Positions 9,743 through 19,750 of a stretch of DNA of 64,000 nt are shown piece by piece. The stretch comes from an uncultured Acidimicrobiia bacterium (GTDB taxonomy: Bacteria; Actinomycetota; Acidimicrobiia; Acidimicrobiales; AC-14). Each line of letters starts with the position of its first letter. Positions within the stretch are counted from its first letter, which is position 1. A model generated the notes under the pieces. It was not told the DNA's origin and made no database searches. It saw only the letters and a program-made list of their open reading frames with translations. A program made the position numbers and the translations under genes. Location: NCBI GenBank assembly GCA_963836205.1, contig CAWIIV010000008.1, positions 160,001 through 224,000 on the forward strand, in the 5' to 3' direction.

Positions 9743-10800
9743 CCGCGAACGGCCTGGTGGCCGCGGTCGAGGTCCGCCTCGGGCCTCTGCACCTCGCGGT
9801 CGAGCTCGACGTGGGCCCCGGCCGGACGGTGGCCGTGGTCGGGCCCAACGGCGCCGGGAAGTCGACCCTCCTACGGGCGTTGGCCGGCATCCAGTCCCTC
9901 GCCGGGGGCCGGGTGGTCCTCGACGGGCGGGTGCTCGACGACGTGGCCTCCGGCGAGCACGTCCCGGCCGAGGATCGGTCGGTGGCGGTCGTGTTCCAGG
10001 ACCACCTCCTGTTCGCCCACCTGAGCGCCCTCGACAACATCGCCTTCGGCCTGCGCAGCCGGGGCGCGGCCAAGGCGGCCGCCAACCGCTCCGCTGCCGG
10101 CTGGCTCGAGCGCCTGGGCCTGGCCGACCACGCCGGCGCCCGTCCGGCGCAGCTGTCGGGAGGCCAGGCCCAGCGGGTGGCCCTGGCCCGGGCGCTGGCC
10201 ACCGAGCCCCGCCTCCTCCTCCTCGACGAACCTCTCGCCGCCCTGGACGCCTCCACCCGCCCCGAGACCCGGCGGGAGCTGCGGCGGGTCCTGGAGTCCT
10301 ACGACGGGGCCCGAGTGCTCGTCACCCACGATCCCCTGGAGGCGGGGGCGCTGGCGGAGCGGCTGGTGGTGGTCGAGGAGGGGCGGGTCGTGCAGACGGG
10401 CACGCCGGCCGAGATAAGCGCCCGCCCCCGCAGCCGCTACGTGGCCGACCTGGTGGGCGTGAACCTGCTGCGGGGCACGGGCGCCGACGACCACGTCGAC
10501 CTGCCCGGCGGCGCCGTCCTGGTCGCCCCCGGCGCGGGACGGGGCGACGTGCTGGCCGTCGTCCACCCCAGGGCGGTGGCGCTCCACCGGCGACCGCCCG
10601 ACGGCACCCCCCGCAACGTGTGGCCGGGCGTGGCCCGCAGCCTCGACCGCGAGGGCGACCGGGTGCGGGTGGTCGTCAACGGACCGGTGCCCATCGTGGC
10701 CGAGGTCACCCCCGCCGCGGTCGACGAGCTACGCCTGGCCGAGGGGGGCGACGTGTGGGTGTCGGTGAAGGCGACCGAAGTGGTGGTCTACCCCGCCTAG
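9739..10800 (+). CDS. modC: Molybdate ABC transporter ATPase with C-terminal TOBE domain
   Basis: GPNGAGKS, LSGGQAQR, LLLLDEP, WVSVKATEV. Confidence 0.92.
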   Translation: MTANGLVAAVEVRLGPLHLAVELDVGPGRTVAVVGPNGAGKSTLLRALAGIQSLAGGRVVLDGRVLDDVASGEHVPAEDRSVAVVFQDHLLFAHLSALDNIAFGLRSRGAAKAAANRSAAGWLERLGLADHAGARPAQLSGGQAQRVALARALATEPRLLLLDEPLAALDASTRPETRRELRRVLESYDGARVLVTHDPLEAGALAERLVVVEEGRVVQTGTPAEISARPRSRYVADLVGVNLLRGTGADDHVDLPGGAVLVAPGAGRGDVLAVVHPRAVALHRRPPDGTPRNVWPGVARSLDREGDRVRVVVNGPVPIVAEVTPAAVDELRLAEGGDVWVSVKATEVVVYPA

Positions 10801-12197
10801 GTCGGGGCCGACAGGGGGGCGAAGCGGGCGGTGAAGTGGCGCAGGTACGGCGGCTCCCACGTGATGCGGTAGCCGGGCACCTGGTCGCGGCGGGCACGGA
10901 CGGCGGCGATCACCTCGGCCACGTAGTCGACGTGGCTCTGGGTGTAGACCCGCCGGGGCAGGGCCAGCCGCACCAGCTCGTGCTGGGCCGCGTCCCCGAA
11001 CATCACCGAGCCCACCTCGACCGCCCGCACCCCGCCCACCCGGTACAGCTCGACCACGACCGCGTGGGCCGGGAACTGCTCCCGCGGGACGTGGGGCACG
11101 ATCGACGCCGCGTCGAGGTAGACGGCGTGGCCGCCGGGCGGGCGCACCGTGTCCACGCCGGCCGCCCAGCAGCGCTGAGCCAGGTACTCGGCCGTCCGCA
11201 CCCGGTAGCGGAGGTACTCGGGGTGGAGGACCTCCTCCAGGCCGGTGGCGATGGCCTCCAGGTCACGGCCGGCCAGTCCCCCGTAGGTGGGGAAGCCCTC
11301 GGTGAGGATGAGCAGGGCCCGGCAGCGGGCGGCCAGGTCGTCGTCGCGCAGGGCGAGGAAGCCGCCGATGTTGGCCAGCCCGTCCTTCTTGGCGCTCATG
11401 GTGACGCCGTCGGCGTAGGAGAACAGCTCGTGGGCGACCTCGGTGGGGGTGCGGTCGGCGTAGCCGGGCTCCCGCTGGATGACGAACCAGCAGTTCTCGG
11501 CGAAGCGGGCGGCGTCGATGAACAGGGGCACCTCGAAGCGGTCGCACAGCGCCCGCACCGCGCGCACGTTGGCCATCGAGACGGGCTGGCCGCCGATGGT
11601 GTTGTTGGTGACGGTGAGGAACACCATCGGGACGTCGAGCGCCCGCTCGGAGAGGAGCGCCTCCAGCCGGTCGAGGTCCATGTTGCCCTTGAACGGCGCC
11701 TCCGCCTGGGTGTCGCCCGCCTCCGGGCATGGCAGGTCGAGGGCGATTCCACGGTCGTACTCGATGTTGGCCCGGGTGGTGTCGAAGTGGGTGTTGTTCG
11801 GGACGACGTCGCCCTTCTTCACCGTCTCCGCGAACAGGATGCGCTCGGCCGCCCGGCCCTGGTGGACAGGGATGACGTGGGCCAGCCCGGTGAGGCCGGT
11901 GACGGCGGCGGTGAAGCGCTCCCACGACTCGGCGCCGGCATAGGACTCGTCGCCCCGCATGATCCCGGCCCACTGCTCGGCCGACATGGCGCCGGTGCCG
12001 GAGTCGGTGAGGAGGTCGATCATCACCTCGCTGGCCGCCAGCCCGAACACGTTGTAGCCGGTGCGGACGAGGGCCAGCTCGCGGTCGGCGCGGGTCGTGA
12101 AGTGCAACGGCTCGACCGCCTTGATGCGGAACGGCTCGAAGATCGTGCTCCACCCGGCCCCACCGGGACCGTCGCCGGGACGGGCGTCGTCGGTCAC
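10797..12197 (-). CDS. tnaA: Tryptophanase (beta-eliminating lyase)
   Basis: EPFRIKAVE, IDLLTDSGT, HQGRAAE, PLP motif SAKKD (tyrosine phenol-lyase usually has SGKKD), RLALPRRVYT, LRHFTA. Confidence 0.85.
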   Translation of the reverse strand: MTDDARPGDGPGGAGWSTIFEPFRIKAVEPLHFTTRADRELALVRTGYNVFGLAASEVMIDLLTDSGTGAMSAEQWAGIMRGDESYAGAESWERFTAAVTGLTGLAHVIPVHQGRAAERILFAETVKKGDVVPNNTHFDTTRANIEYDRGIALDLPCPEAGDTQAEAPFKGNMDLDRLEALLSERALDVPMVFLTVTNNTIGGQPVSMANVRAVRALCDRFEVPLFIDAARFAENCWFVIQREPGYADRTPTEVAHELFSYADGVTMSAKKDGLANIGGFLALRDDDLAARCRALLILTEGFPTYGGLAGRDLEAIATGLEEVLHPEYLRYRVRTAEYLAQRCWAAGVDTVRPPGGHAVYLDAASIVPHVPREQFPAHAVVVELYRVGGVRAVEVGSVMFGDAAQHELVRLALPRRVYTQSHVDYVAEVIAAVRARRDQVPGYRITWEPPYLRHFTARFAPLSAPT

Positions 12198-12207
12198 CGG
12201 CTGCCCC

Positions 12208-12440
12208 AACCGGTGACGCTTTCGGTCCTGTGGCGACCAAAACCGTCACCGGTTCGAGGGCGGTGCCAACTGGTGACGCTTTCAGGCCGGTGGCGACCGA
12301 AACCGTCACCGGTTCGAGGGCGGTGCCAACTGGTGACGCTTTCGGTCCTGTGGCGACCAAAACCGTCACCGGTTCGAGGGCGGTGCCAACTGGTGACGCT
12401 TTCGGTCCTGTGGCGACCGAAACCGTCACCGGTTCGAGGG
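12208..12440. repeat. Tandem array of four 60-bp units, each a 47-bp REP-like palindrome (AAC[C/T]GGTGACG...CGTCACCGGTT) plus a linker
   Basis: Units start at 12208, 12268, 12328 and 12388 and are near-identical. Confidence 0.92.
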
Positions 12441-12465
12441 GGGTCGGTCCCGGCCCCCGGTGCCG

Positions 12466-14841
12466 TCATCGGTACCCTGCCGGGGGCTCGACCCGGAGGA
12501 TCGAGCCCGGCTCGCGGCCGGCGGGCTGGGCCGGGCGGGGCCGGGGGGCGATGGCCGGCACCTTGCGTTCGACCGGTTGGCCGATGGTCACGACCAGCTC
12601 CTCCCCGTGATGGGCGACCTCGAGCGGGTCTCCCTCCAGGAGAACGTAGGTCGCCACCGTCGGGGTGATCTCCACCCGCAGGCGCCGGCCCCGCACCGCC
12701 AGCCGGAAGGCGATGCGGCTGAGCTGCTCGGGCAGGCGGGGGGCGAAGCACAGCCGGCCCCCGTGGTCGCGCAGGCCGCCGAAGCCGCACACCACCGCCG
12801 ACCAGGTGCCGGCCAGGGCGGCCAGGTGGAGCCCGTCGCGGGTGTTGTTCCCCAGGTCCCGGAGGTCGATGAGGGCCGTCTCCCGCAGGTACTCGAAGGC
12901 CAGGCCGAGATGGCCCACCTCGGCCGCCATCACCGCCTGGGTGCACGCCGACAACGACGAGTCCCGCACCGTCAGCCGCTCGTAGTAGTCGAAGTTCCGG
13001 GCCTTCTCCGCGGGCGTGAAGGCGTCGCCCCGCAGGTGGAGGGCGAGGACGAGGTCGGCCTGCTTCACCACCTGCTTCCGGTAGAGGTCGAAGTACGGGT
13101 AGTGGAGGAAGAGCGGGTAGCGGTCGGACGGGGTCGCCTCGAAGTCCCACGCCTGGTGGTCGGTGAAGCCGTCGGCCTGGGGATGCACGCCCAGGACGGC
13201 GTCGTAGGGGACGACCATGGCCGTGGCCGCGTCCCGCCACGACACCAGCTCCTGGTCGTCGACGCCGTGGGCCGTGGCTTCGGCCGGGTGGCGGGCGGCA
13301 ACGGTGGCGGCGGCCTCCAGATTCCGCTGGGCCATGAGGTTGGTGTAGACGTTGTTGTCGGCGACGGCGCTGTACTCGTCGGGACCGGTGACCCCGTCGA
13401 TCCGGAACCGGCCCCGGTGGTCGTGGTGGCCGAGCGACCGCCACAGCCGAGCCGTGGCCACCAGCAGGTCGAGGCCGACGGTGCGCTCGAACTCCCAGTC
13501 GCCGGTGGCATCGACGTAGCGGATGGCGGCGGCGGCGATGTCGGCGTTGACGTGGAAGGCGGCGGTGCCCGCCGGCCAGTAGGCCGAGCACTCCTCGCCC
13601 GCGATCGTGCGCCAGGGGAACGCCGCGCCCTTCAGGCCCAGCTGGGCGGCCCGCTCGACGGCCAGGGGCAGCGTGTCCCGCCGCCATCCGAGGGCGTCGG
13701 CCACCGCCCGGGGGACCGTGTAGGTGAGGACGGGAAGGACGAAGACCTCGGTGTCCCAGAACGAGTGGCCGTCGTAGCCGGGCCCGGTGAGGCCCTTGGC
13801 CGGGATGGCCCGCCGCTCGGCCCGCGCCCCCGCCTGCAGGACCTGGAACAGGGCGAAGCGCACCGCCTGCTGCACACCGGGGTCGCCGTCGACCTCCACG
13901 TCGGCCCGGCCCCAGAAGTCGTCGAGGAACGCCCGCTGTTCGGCGACCAGGCCGTCCCACCCCGCCTGGCGGGCGGCGAGGAGGGCGGCAGCCACCTGGT
14001 CCCGCAGGGCCGGCACCGAACGCAGCCCCGACCAGCCGTAGACCACGAACTTCACGATCCGCAGCCGCTGCCCCGGCTGCAAGGTCGTCGTCACCGACAC
14101 CCGGCCGATGTCGGGGAAGCTCTCGGACTCGACGTCGAGGCCGTCGGCCGGGCCCTCGACGAGGTGGTCCATCCCGGCCGCCACCCGGATGCGGCTGGCC
14201 CTGGTGGTGTGGAGAAGGATGACGCGGCGCCCGTCGGCGGAGTGCTCGTCGGTGACGAGGGGGGCGTCGATGGCGGCCGCCACCCGGGGGTCGCCGGAGC
14301 GGGTGGGCACCGACTCGTTGGCCACCAGCTCCGACTGCACCACGACCCGCGCCGGCTCGCCGACCGCCTCGACGGTGTAGCTGATGGCGGCCACCGACCG
14401 CTGGGTGAGCGAGACCAGCCGCTCCGACGACACCCGCACCACCTGGCCCGCGGGTGAAACCCACTCGACGTCCCGGGTGAGGGTGCCGGCCCGCAGGTCG
14501 AGCGCCCGCTGATGCGACCGGACGACGCCGTAGCGGACGTCGAAGGGTTCGTCGTCGACCAGCAGCCGCAGGAGCTTGCCGTTGGTGACGTTGATCACCG
14601 TCTGCCCCGCCTCGGGATAGCCGTAGCCGGCCTCGGCATGGGGCAGGGGCCGCCGCTCGTAGACCCCGTTGAGGTAGGTACCGGGCGTCCCGAAGGGCTC
14701 ACCCTCGTCGAGGTTGCCCCGCAGCCCGATGTGGCCGTTGGACAGGGCGAACACCGACTCGCTCTGGCTGAGGAGGTCGAGGCGCAGCTCGATCTCCCGT
14801 ACGCACCACGGCTCGACGACGTACGCCGGCTCGGTGATCAC
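12466..14841 (-). CDS. Glycoside hydrolase family 65 (trehalose/maltose/kojibiose phosphorylase-like)
   Basis: ESVFALSNGHIGLRG, KGLTGPGYDGHSFWDTE, VTGPDEY, KQAD, DSSLS. Confidence 0.93.
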   Translation of the reverse strand: MITEPAYVVEPWCVREIELRLDLLSQSESVFALSNGHIGLRGNLDEGEPFGTPGTYLNGVYERRPLPHAEAGYGYPEAGQTVINVTNGKLLRLLVDDEPFDVRYGVVRSHQRALDLRAGTLTRDVEWVSPAGQVVRVSSERLVSLTQRSVAAISYTVEAVGEPARVVVQSELVANESVPTRSGDPRVAAAIDAPLVTDEHSADGRRVILLHTTRASRIRVAAGMDHLVEGPADGLDVESESFPDIGRVSVTTTLQPGQRLRIVKFVVYGWSGLRSVPALRDQVAAALLAARQAGWDGLVAEQRAFLDDFWGRADVEVDGDPGVQQAVRFALFQVLQAGARAERRAIPAKGLTGPGYDGHSFWDTEVFVLPVLTYTVPRAVADALGWRRDTLPLAVERAAQLGLKGAAFPWRTIAGEECSAYWPAGTAAFHVNADIAAAAIRYVDATGDWEFERTVGLDLLVATARLWRSLGHHDHRGRFRIDGVTGPDEYSAVADNNVYTNLMAQRNLEAAATVAARHPAEATAHGVDDQELVSWRDAATAMVVPYDAVLGVHPQADGFTDHQAWDFEATPSDRYPLFLHYPYFDLYRKQVVKQADLVLALHLRGDAFTPAEKARNFDYYERLTVRDSSLSACTQAVMAAEVGHLGLAFEYLRETALIDLRDLGNNTRDGLHLAALAGTWSAVVCGFGGLRDHGGRLCFAPRLPEQLSRIAFRLAVRGRRLRVEITPTVATYVLLEGDPLEVAHHGEELVVTIGQPVERKVPAIAPRPRPAQPAGREPGSILRVEPPAGYR

Positions 14842-15572
14842 CGCCCGATCTCCCTGGGGCCGAGCAGCTCGCTCAGGTCCTGGACCACGACGTCGGCCCC
14901 GTGGGCGAGGAGGGCGTCGGCCCGCCCGACCCGGTCGACGCCGACGACCCACCGGAACCGGCCGGCCCGGCCCGCCTCCACCCCGGCCAGGGCGTCCTCG
15001 AATACGGCTGCCTGACCGAGACCGGCGCCGGCCATCTCCGCTCCGGCCACGAACGTGTCGGGCGCGGGCTTGCCCCGCAGATGACGTTGCTCGGCCACGA
15101 TCCCGTCGATGTACCCGTCGACCAGATCGATGAGTCCGGCCGCGACCAGCACGTCGCGGCAGTTGGTGCTGGAGGACACCACCACCCGGGCCAGCCCCGC
15201 CTCCTGCGCCCGCCGGAGGTACTCCACCGATCCCGGGTAGGCCTGCACTCCTCCCTCCCGGATCAGGCGGAGGACGATCTCGTTCTTCCGGCGGCCCAGC
15301 TCCCGCACGTCGTCGTCGGACAGGGTGATCCCCCGGGAGGCGAGGAAGTCGCGGGTGCCGTCGTCTCGGGGCTTGCCGTCGACGTAGGTGACGTAGTCGG
15401 GATCGACCTCGAACGGCCGGAAGGGTTCGCCGGTGCGGGCCGCCCGCTCGCGGAGGTAGCCGTCGAACATCGCCTTCCACGCCGCGGCGTGGACCTTGGC
15501 CGTGCTCGTGAGCACGCCGTCGAGGTCGAACAGGCAGGCCCGGACGTCGTCCGGCAGGCCGAGGCCGAGCAC
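14838..15572 (-). CDS. Beta-phosphoglucomutase-family HAD hydrolase
   Basis: FDLDGVLT, GKPAPD, FEDALAGVEAG; coupled to GH65. Confidence 0.9.
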   Translation of the reverse strand: MLGLGLPDDVRACLFDLDGVLTSTAKVHAAAWKAMFDGYLRERAARTGEPFRPFEVDPDYVTYVDGKPRDDGTRDFLASRGITLSDDDVRELGRRKNEIVLRLIREGGVQAYPGSVEYLRRAQEAGLARVVVSSSTNCRDVLVAAGLIDLVDGYIDGIVAEQRHLRGKPAPDTFVAGAEMAGAGLGQAAVFEDALAGVEAGRAGRFRWVVGVDRVGRADALLAHGADVVVQDLSELLGPREIGR

Positions 15573-15613
15573 CGCCGCCAGCCTACGACGCCCGGACCCT
15601 GGCCCTGGCCCTG

Positions 15614-15674
15614 GGCCTCGAACCGGTGACGCTTTCGGTCGTCAGGCGACCGAATCTGTCACCGGTTCGAGGCC
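15614..15674. repeat. Single REP-like palindrome of the same family
   Basis: GGCCTCGAACCGGTGAC...GTCACCGGTTCGAGGCC. Confidence 0.88.
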
Positions 15675-15679
15675 GCCGC

Positions 15680-15850
15680 TCAGATCAGGAGGACCGCGAT
15701 GATGGCGACGATGGCGAGCAGGGCCAGCACCCGCACCGGCCAGCCGTACCGGCTCGGGCCCCCGTCGTCGAGCCCGTCGTCGTCGTACCACTCCGACCAC
15801 AGGTCGGGGTCGTTGGGATCGGGGGCGACGGGCCCGACCGGGGTCGGCAC
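15680..15850 (-). CDS. Small hypothetical protein with C-terminal TM helix (~56 aa)
   Basis: GTG just after the MMPL stop; acidic N-terminus then VLALLAIVAIIAVLLI. Confidence 0.45.
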   Translation of the reverse strand: MPTPVGPVAPDPNDPDLWSEWYDDDGLDDGGPSRYGWPVRVLALLAIVAIIAVLLI

Positions 15851-15852
15851 GG

Positions 15853-18177
15853 CTACCGGCCGGTGGTGGTGGGCACCCGCCGGTCGGGGCTGTCGGCTGC
15901 CTCCCGGCCTTCGACGGCCACGTCGGGCAGCAGCTTGTCGAGCCAGCGGGGCAGCCACCAGTTCTTGTCTCCTAGCAGCTCCATGGTGGCGGGCACGAGG
16001 AGGAGGCGGACGATGGTGGCGTCGAGCAGCACCGCTCCCGCCAGGCCGATGCCGAAGAGCTTGATGACCCGGTCGTTCTCCAGCAGGAAGCTGCCGAAGA
16101 CGAAGACCATGATCAGGGCGGCGGCGGTGATCACCCGGGCGGTGGCGGCCAGGCCGTCGGCCACCGACTCCCGGCTGTCACCCGAGTGCTTCCACGCCTC
16201 CCGGATCCGGGACAGGAGGAACACCTCGTAGTCCATCGACAGGCCGAAGACGATGGCGAAGAGCATCATCGGCACGAACGGCTCGATGGGCGCCTTGTCG
16301 AGATTGAGGATCGACGCCCCCCAGCCCCACTGGAAGATGGCCACCACCACGCCGAAGGCGGCGCCCAGCGACAGCAGGTTCATGATCACCGCCTTGAGCG
16401 GCACCAGCACCGATCGGAAGACGGTCATCAGCAGGAGGAACGACAGCCCCAGCACGGCGGCGAAGAACAGGGGCATGCGGGCGGTCATGTAGTCGGAGAA
16501 GTCGACCAGGATGGCGACCGTGCCGGTGACGGAGACGTCGAGCCCGGTCCCCTCGACGGCCGGTGGCAGGACGCCGTCGCGCAGGGTCGAGACCAGCTCG
16601 GTGGTGGCCTCGTCCTGAGGTGAGGTCGACGGCACCACCCGCCACAGGGCGGCGGTGGGGTTGTCGGGGTCGTTGAGGACGGCCGGGCTGGCGAAGGCGA
16701 CACCGGGTGCCCCCGTCAAGGCGTCGGTGACTCGCTGCAGGGTCGCGTCCGAGGTGCCGGGCGGCACCTCGGAGACCACCATCATGGTGCCGTTGAAGCC
16801 GGGGCCGAAGCCCTCCGCCAGCAGGTCGTAGGCCTTGCGGGTGGTGGTCTCCTCGGCGTAGTTGCCCTCGTCGGAGAAGCCCAGCCGGAGCCCGAACACG
16901 GGCAGGGCGAGAAGGATGAGCACGGCCACCGCGATCAGCGCCGAGGGCCACGGGTGGTGCTGGATCAGCCGGCTCCAGCGGTAGGCGAGGGTCTCGTTCC
17001 GGGGCTTGGGAGCGGGCCGGGGCACCGGCTGGCGCAGCGGCCGGACGGCGAGGCTGGCCAGCATGACGATCGCGGCCAGCGGCAGGCAGACGGCGAACAG
17101 GGCGGGGATCTTGAGGCCCAGGCCCAGCAGGCCCACCGCCAGCAGGCTGGCCCCGATGAGGCCTCGCCAACGGGTGAGCTCGACCCGTCCCCCGGCGAAG
17201 CCGAGCAGGGCGGGCAGGAGGGTCAGAGCCGCCACCATGGTCATGAAGACGACGAGGGCGGCGCCGATGGCCAGGCCCGACACGAAGCTGATCTGCATCA
17301 CCAGCATGCCGAGCAGCGAGATGACCACGGTGGTGCCGGCGAAGGCGACCGACCGTCCGGCGGTGTCGATCGACTGGCGCACCGCGGGCCCGATGTCGTC
17401 GCCCGCATGGAGCTGCTCCCGGAACCGGGTGACGATGAACAGGGCGTAGTCGATGCCCACGCCGAGGCCGATCATCAGGCCCAGCTGGGTGGCGAAGTCG
17501 GGGATGGTGATGAAGTTGGAGAACAGGCCCACGGTGATGGTGCCGAAGCTGATCCCCGCCAGGGCGACGGCGATGGGCAGGCCCATGGCCAGGACCGACC
17601 CGAAGGCGAGCACGAGGATGACCATGGCGAAGGCCACGCCCAGCAGCTCGGACGAGGGAGGCTCGAACTCGCCGAAGATGGCCCCGCCGAGCTCGATCTG
17701 GAGGCCCGCCTGCTCGGGCATCACCTCGTTGATGTCCTTGGTGATGGCCTGGGCGGTCTCGAAGGTGACCTCGGGGTCGAGCTCGACCACGGCGTAGCCG
17801 ATGTCGCCCGGGTGCTCGGCGGTGTCGGAGATCTGGTTCGACCCGTCCTCCGAGTAGGGGCTCACCACCCGGGCCACGCCGTCGACCTCGGCCACCTGGG
17901 CGAGGAACGACTCCATGGTGGTCCGCACCTGGGGGTCTTCCACGCCCGCGTCGGACCGGAAGACGACGGTGCCGCTCTCACCCGTGCCCTGGCCGCCGAA
18001 GTGCTCCTCGAGGACCTCGAAGCCCTGGCGGCTCTCGACGTCGGGCAGGTTGAAGTCGGCCCGGTAGGCGGTGCCGAGGGAGCTGAGGATGCCGCCGGCC
18101 ACGAAGAGGCCGAGCACCCATCCGATTACGACGATGCGGCGGTGATCGTGGCACCAACCACCAAGGCGTCCGAACAC
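15853..18177 (-). CDS. MMPL/RND family transporter
   Basis: GLGVGIDYALFIVTRFRE, FGLSMDYEVFLLSRIRE, many TM segments. Confidence 0.93.
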   Translation of the reverse strand: MFGRLGGWCHDHRRIVVIGWVLGLFVAGGILSSLGTAYRADFNLPDVESRQGFEVLEEHFGGQGTGESGTVVFRSDAGVEDPQVRTTMESFLAQVAEVDGVARVVSPYSEDGSNQISDTAEHPGDIGYAVVELDPEVTFETAQAITKDINEVMPEQAGLQIELGGAIFGEFEPPSSELLGVAFAMVILVLAFGSVLAMGLPIAVALAGISFGTITVGLFSNFITIPDFATQLGLMIGLGVGIDYALFIVTRFREQLHAGDDIGPAVRQSIDTAGRSVAFAGTTVVISLLGMLVMQISFVSGLAIGAALVVFMTMVAALTLLPALLGFAGGRVELTRWRGLIGASLLAVGLLGLGLKIPALFAVCLPLAAIVMLASLAVRPLRQPVPRPAPKPRNETLAYRWSRLIQHHPWPSALIAVAVLILLALPVFGLRLGFSDEGNYAEETTTRKAYDLLAEGFGPGFNGTMMVVSEVPPGTSDATLQRVTDALTGAPGVAFASPAVLNDPDNPTAALWRVVPSTSPQDEATTELVSTLRDGVLPPAVEGTGLDVSVTGTVAILVDFSDYMTARMPLFFAAVLGLSFLLLMTVFRSVLVPLKAVIMNLLSLGAAFGVVVAIFQWGWGASILNLDKAPIEPFVPMMLFAIVFGLSMDYEVFLLSRIREAWKHSGDSRESVADGLAATARVITAAALIMVFVFGSFLLENDRVIKLFGIGLAGAVLLDATIVRLLLVPATMELLGDKNWWLPRWLDKLLPDVAVEGREAADSPDRRVPTTTGR

Positions 18178-18289
18178 GTGGCTTCCTCCTCGAGACGGGG
18201 GGCGTCGGCGCCCATGCTACGGAACGCAGGCGCGTTATGTGAACAGGATTAGGGAACGGCGGACCGGACGGGCCTGTCCAGGGAAAATG

Positions 18290-18363
18290 TGGGCGCTGAG
18301 GGACTCGAACCCCCGACCCCCGGCTTGTAAGGCCGGTGCTCTGACCAACTGAGCTAAGCGCCC
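18290..18363 (-). tRNA. tRNA-Val (anticodon TAC)
   Basis: Reverse complement GGGCGCTTAGCTCAGTTGGTCAGAGCACCGGCCT-TAC-AAGCCGGGGGTCGGGGGTTCGAGTCCCTCAGCGCCCA folds as a cloverleaf. Confidence 0.96.
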
Positions 18364-18394
18364 GCAGCGGGTGCCAGCCTACGGGCGGGGCGGC

Positions 18395-18910
18395 CTACTC
18401 GCTCCCGGTGGCCGGGCGGTTGGCCCGGGCCAGCTCCACGAGGGCAGTGGTGGCCTCCGGCAGCAGGATCGGCAGCGCGTTGGGAGCGAACCACCGCACC
18501 TCCACGATCTCCGGCGACGCCGGGGTCGGCGGTGGCGGATCGGATTCGTCGCCGGGCAGCCGGCCCCGGTAGACGACGTCGACCCGCCGGTGGCCGGAGT
18601 CGACCACCACCATGGGGGCGTCGTCGACCTCCACCTCCACGCCGAGCTCCTCCCGCACCTCCCGACGGACGGCGTCGGCCGGCTGCTCCCCCCGCTTCAA
18701 GAGGCCGCCGGGGAACCCCCAGGCTTCCTTGCGGCGGTAGGACTGGCGCAGCAGGAGCAGGGCGCCGTCGGCCCGCTCGATCACGCAGAGGGCGCCGACG
18801 TGGAACGACGGGGTCAGGGTGCGCACGACCAGGAGTCGACCCGCGAGAGGGAGCCGGCGGTAGACGCCCAGGAGCGCCGTCTGGACCCGCTGCCGGGCTG
18901 CGGGCAGCAC
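18395..18910 (-). CDS. NUDIX hydrolase
   Basis: Nudix box GGLLKRGEQPADAVRREVREELG. Confidence 0.88.
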   Translation of the reverse strand: MLPAARQRVQTALLGVYRRLPLAGRLLVVRTLTPSFHVGALCVIERADGALLLLRQSYRRKEAWGFPGGLLKRGEQPADAVRREVREELGVEVEVDDAPMVVVDSGHRRVDVVYRGRLPGDESDPPPPTPASPEIVEVRWFAPNALPILLPEATTALVELARANRPATGSE

Positions 18911-18915
18911 GAGGC

Positions 18916-19662
18916 TCAGCGGAGCCCGGCGCGGGCCTCGAGCGCCTCCGCCAGCAGCTTCTCGGTGGCGGCCGCCACGGGCGTGCGCCGTTCTGTCAGG
19001 CCCAGTGTGACCAGCTCCCGGCCCTCGGCGTCGGCCACCAGCCCCCCCGCCTCCCGGCACACGAGGACACCCCCCAGGTAGTCCCAGGGGGCGCAGGAGT
19101 GGTCGCTGCAGTCGATGTAGGCGTCGAGCAGGCCGGCGCCGACTGCGCAGATGTCGAGGGCGGCCGCCCCGAGGGCCCGGAACTGGCGCCAGCCGAGGTA
19201 CGCCGCGGGCCAGCCGTTGAGCCCGACGACGGCGTCGCCCATGGTGGTGCAGCCGGTGCTGTGGAGCGGACGGCCGTTGCACGTGGCTCCCGAGCCCCGC
19301 AGCGCCTCGAACCGGTCGCCGGTGGCCTGGTTGACGACCACCGCCGCCCGCACACCGGCGGTGTCGACCGCGGCCAGGCTGGTGGCGTACCAGGGCAGCC
19401 TGCGGGACGCGTTGGTCGATCCGTCGACCGGGTCGAGGGCCACCATGACCGGCCGGTCGGGGTGATGCAGGCCGGTCTCCTCGGAGAGCACGCCCAGGCC
19501 CGCCCCCACCAGGATCGCCACCGCCACCTCGTCCGCCGCCAGGTCGCTGAAGTACTGGCCGGGGCGCGTGCCGGCCGGGCCCCAGTCGTCGAGGGCCTCG
19601 AGGGCGGCGTGGACCGCGGTCGCCGCCTCGTTGAGGACGGCGATGAGGCGGTCGTCGGTCAT
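18916..19662 (-). CDS. Inositol monophosphatase family protein
   Basis: SEE, LDPVDGSTN, RALGAAALD, WDY motifs. Confidence 0.9.
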   Translation of the reverse strand: MTDDRLIAVLNEAATAVHAALEALDDWGPAGTRPGQYFSDLAADEVAVAILVGAGLGVLSEETGLHHPDRPVMVALDPVDGSTNASRRLPWYATSLAAVDTAGVRAAVVVNQATGDRFEALRGSGATCNGRPLHSTGCTTMGDAVVGLNGWPAAYLGWRQFRALGAAALDICAVGAGLLDAYIDCSDHSCAPWDYLGGVLVCREAGGLVADAEGRELVTLGLTERRTPVAAATEKLLAEALEARAGLR

Positions 19663-19750
19663 CGTCCGAACCTACCCGCCGAGTCCGGCGCCACCGCCTA
19701 CGCTCGTCAAGAGTTACTGCAACATCTATTGGCCCGGAGGAGGTGGACGG

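Noticed and set aside
12208-12440. CRISPR array
   Set aside because: The 60-bp units are near-identical with no unique spacers, there is no leader and no cas genes; it is a tandem of the dispersed palindrome
15614-15674. Integron attC sites (AAC...GTT ends of the palindromes)
   Set aside because: The ends do not fit RYYYAAC/GTTRRRY, the arms lack extrahelical bases, copies lie inside housekeeping operons, and no intI is present
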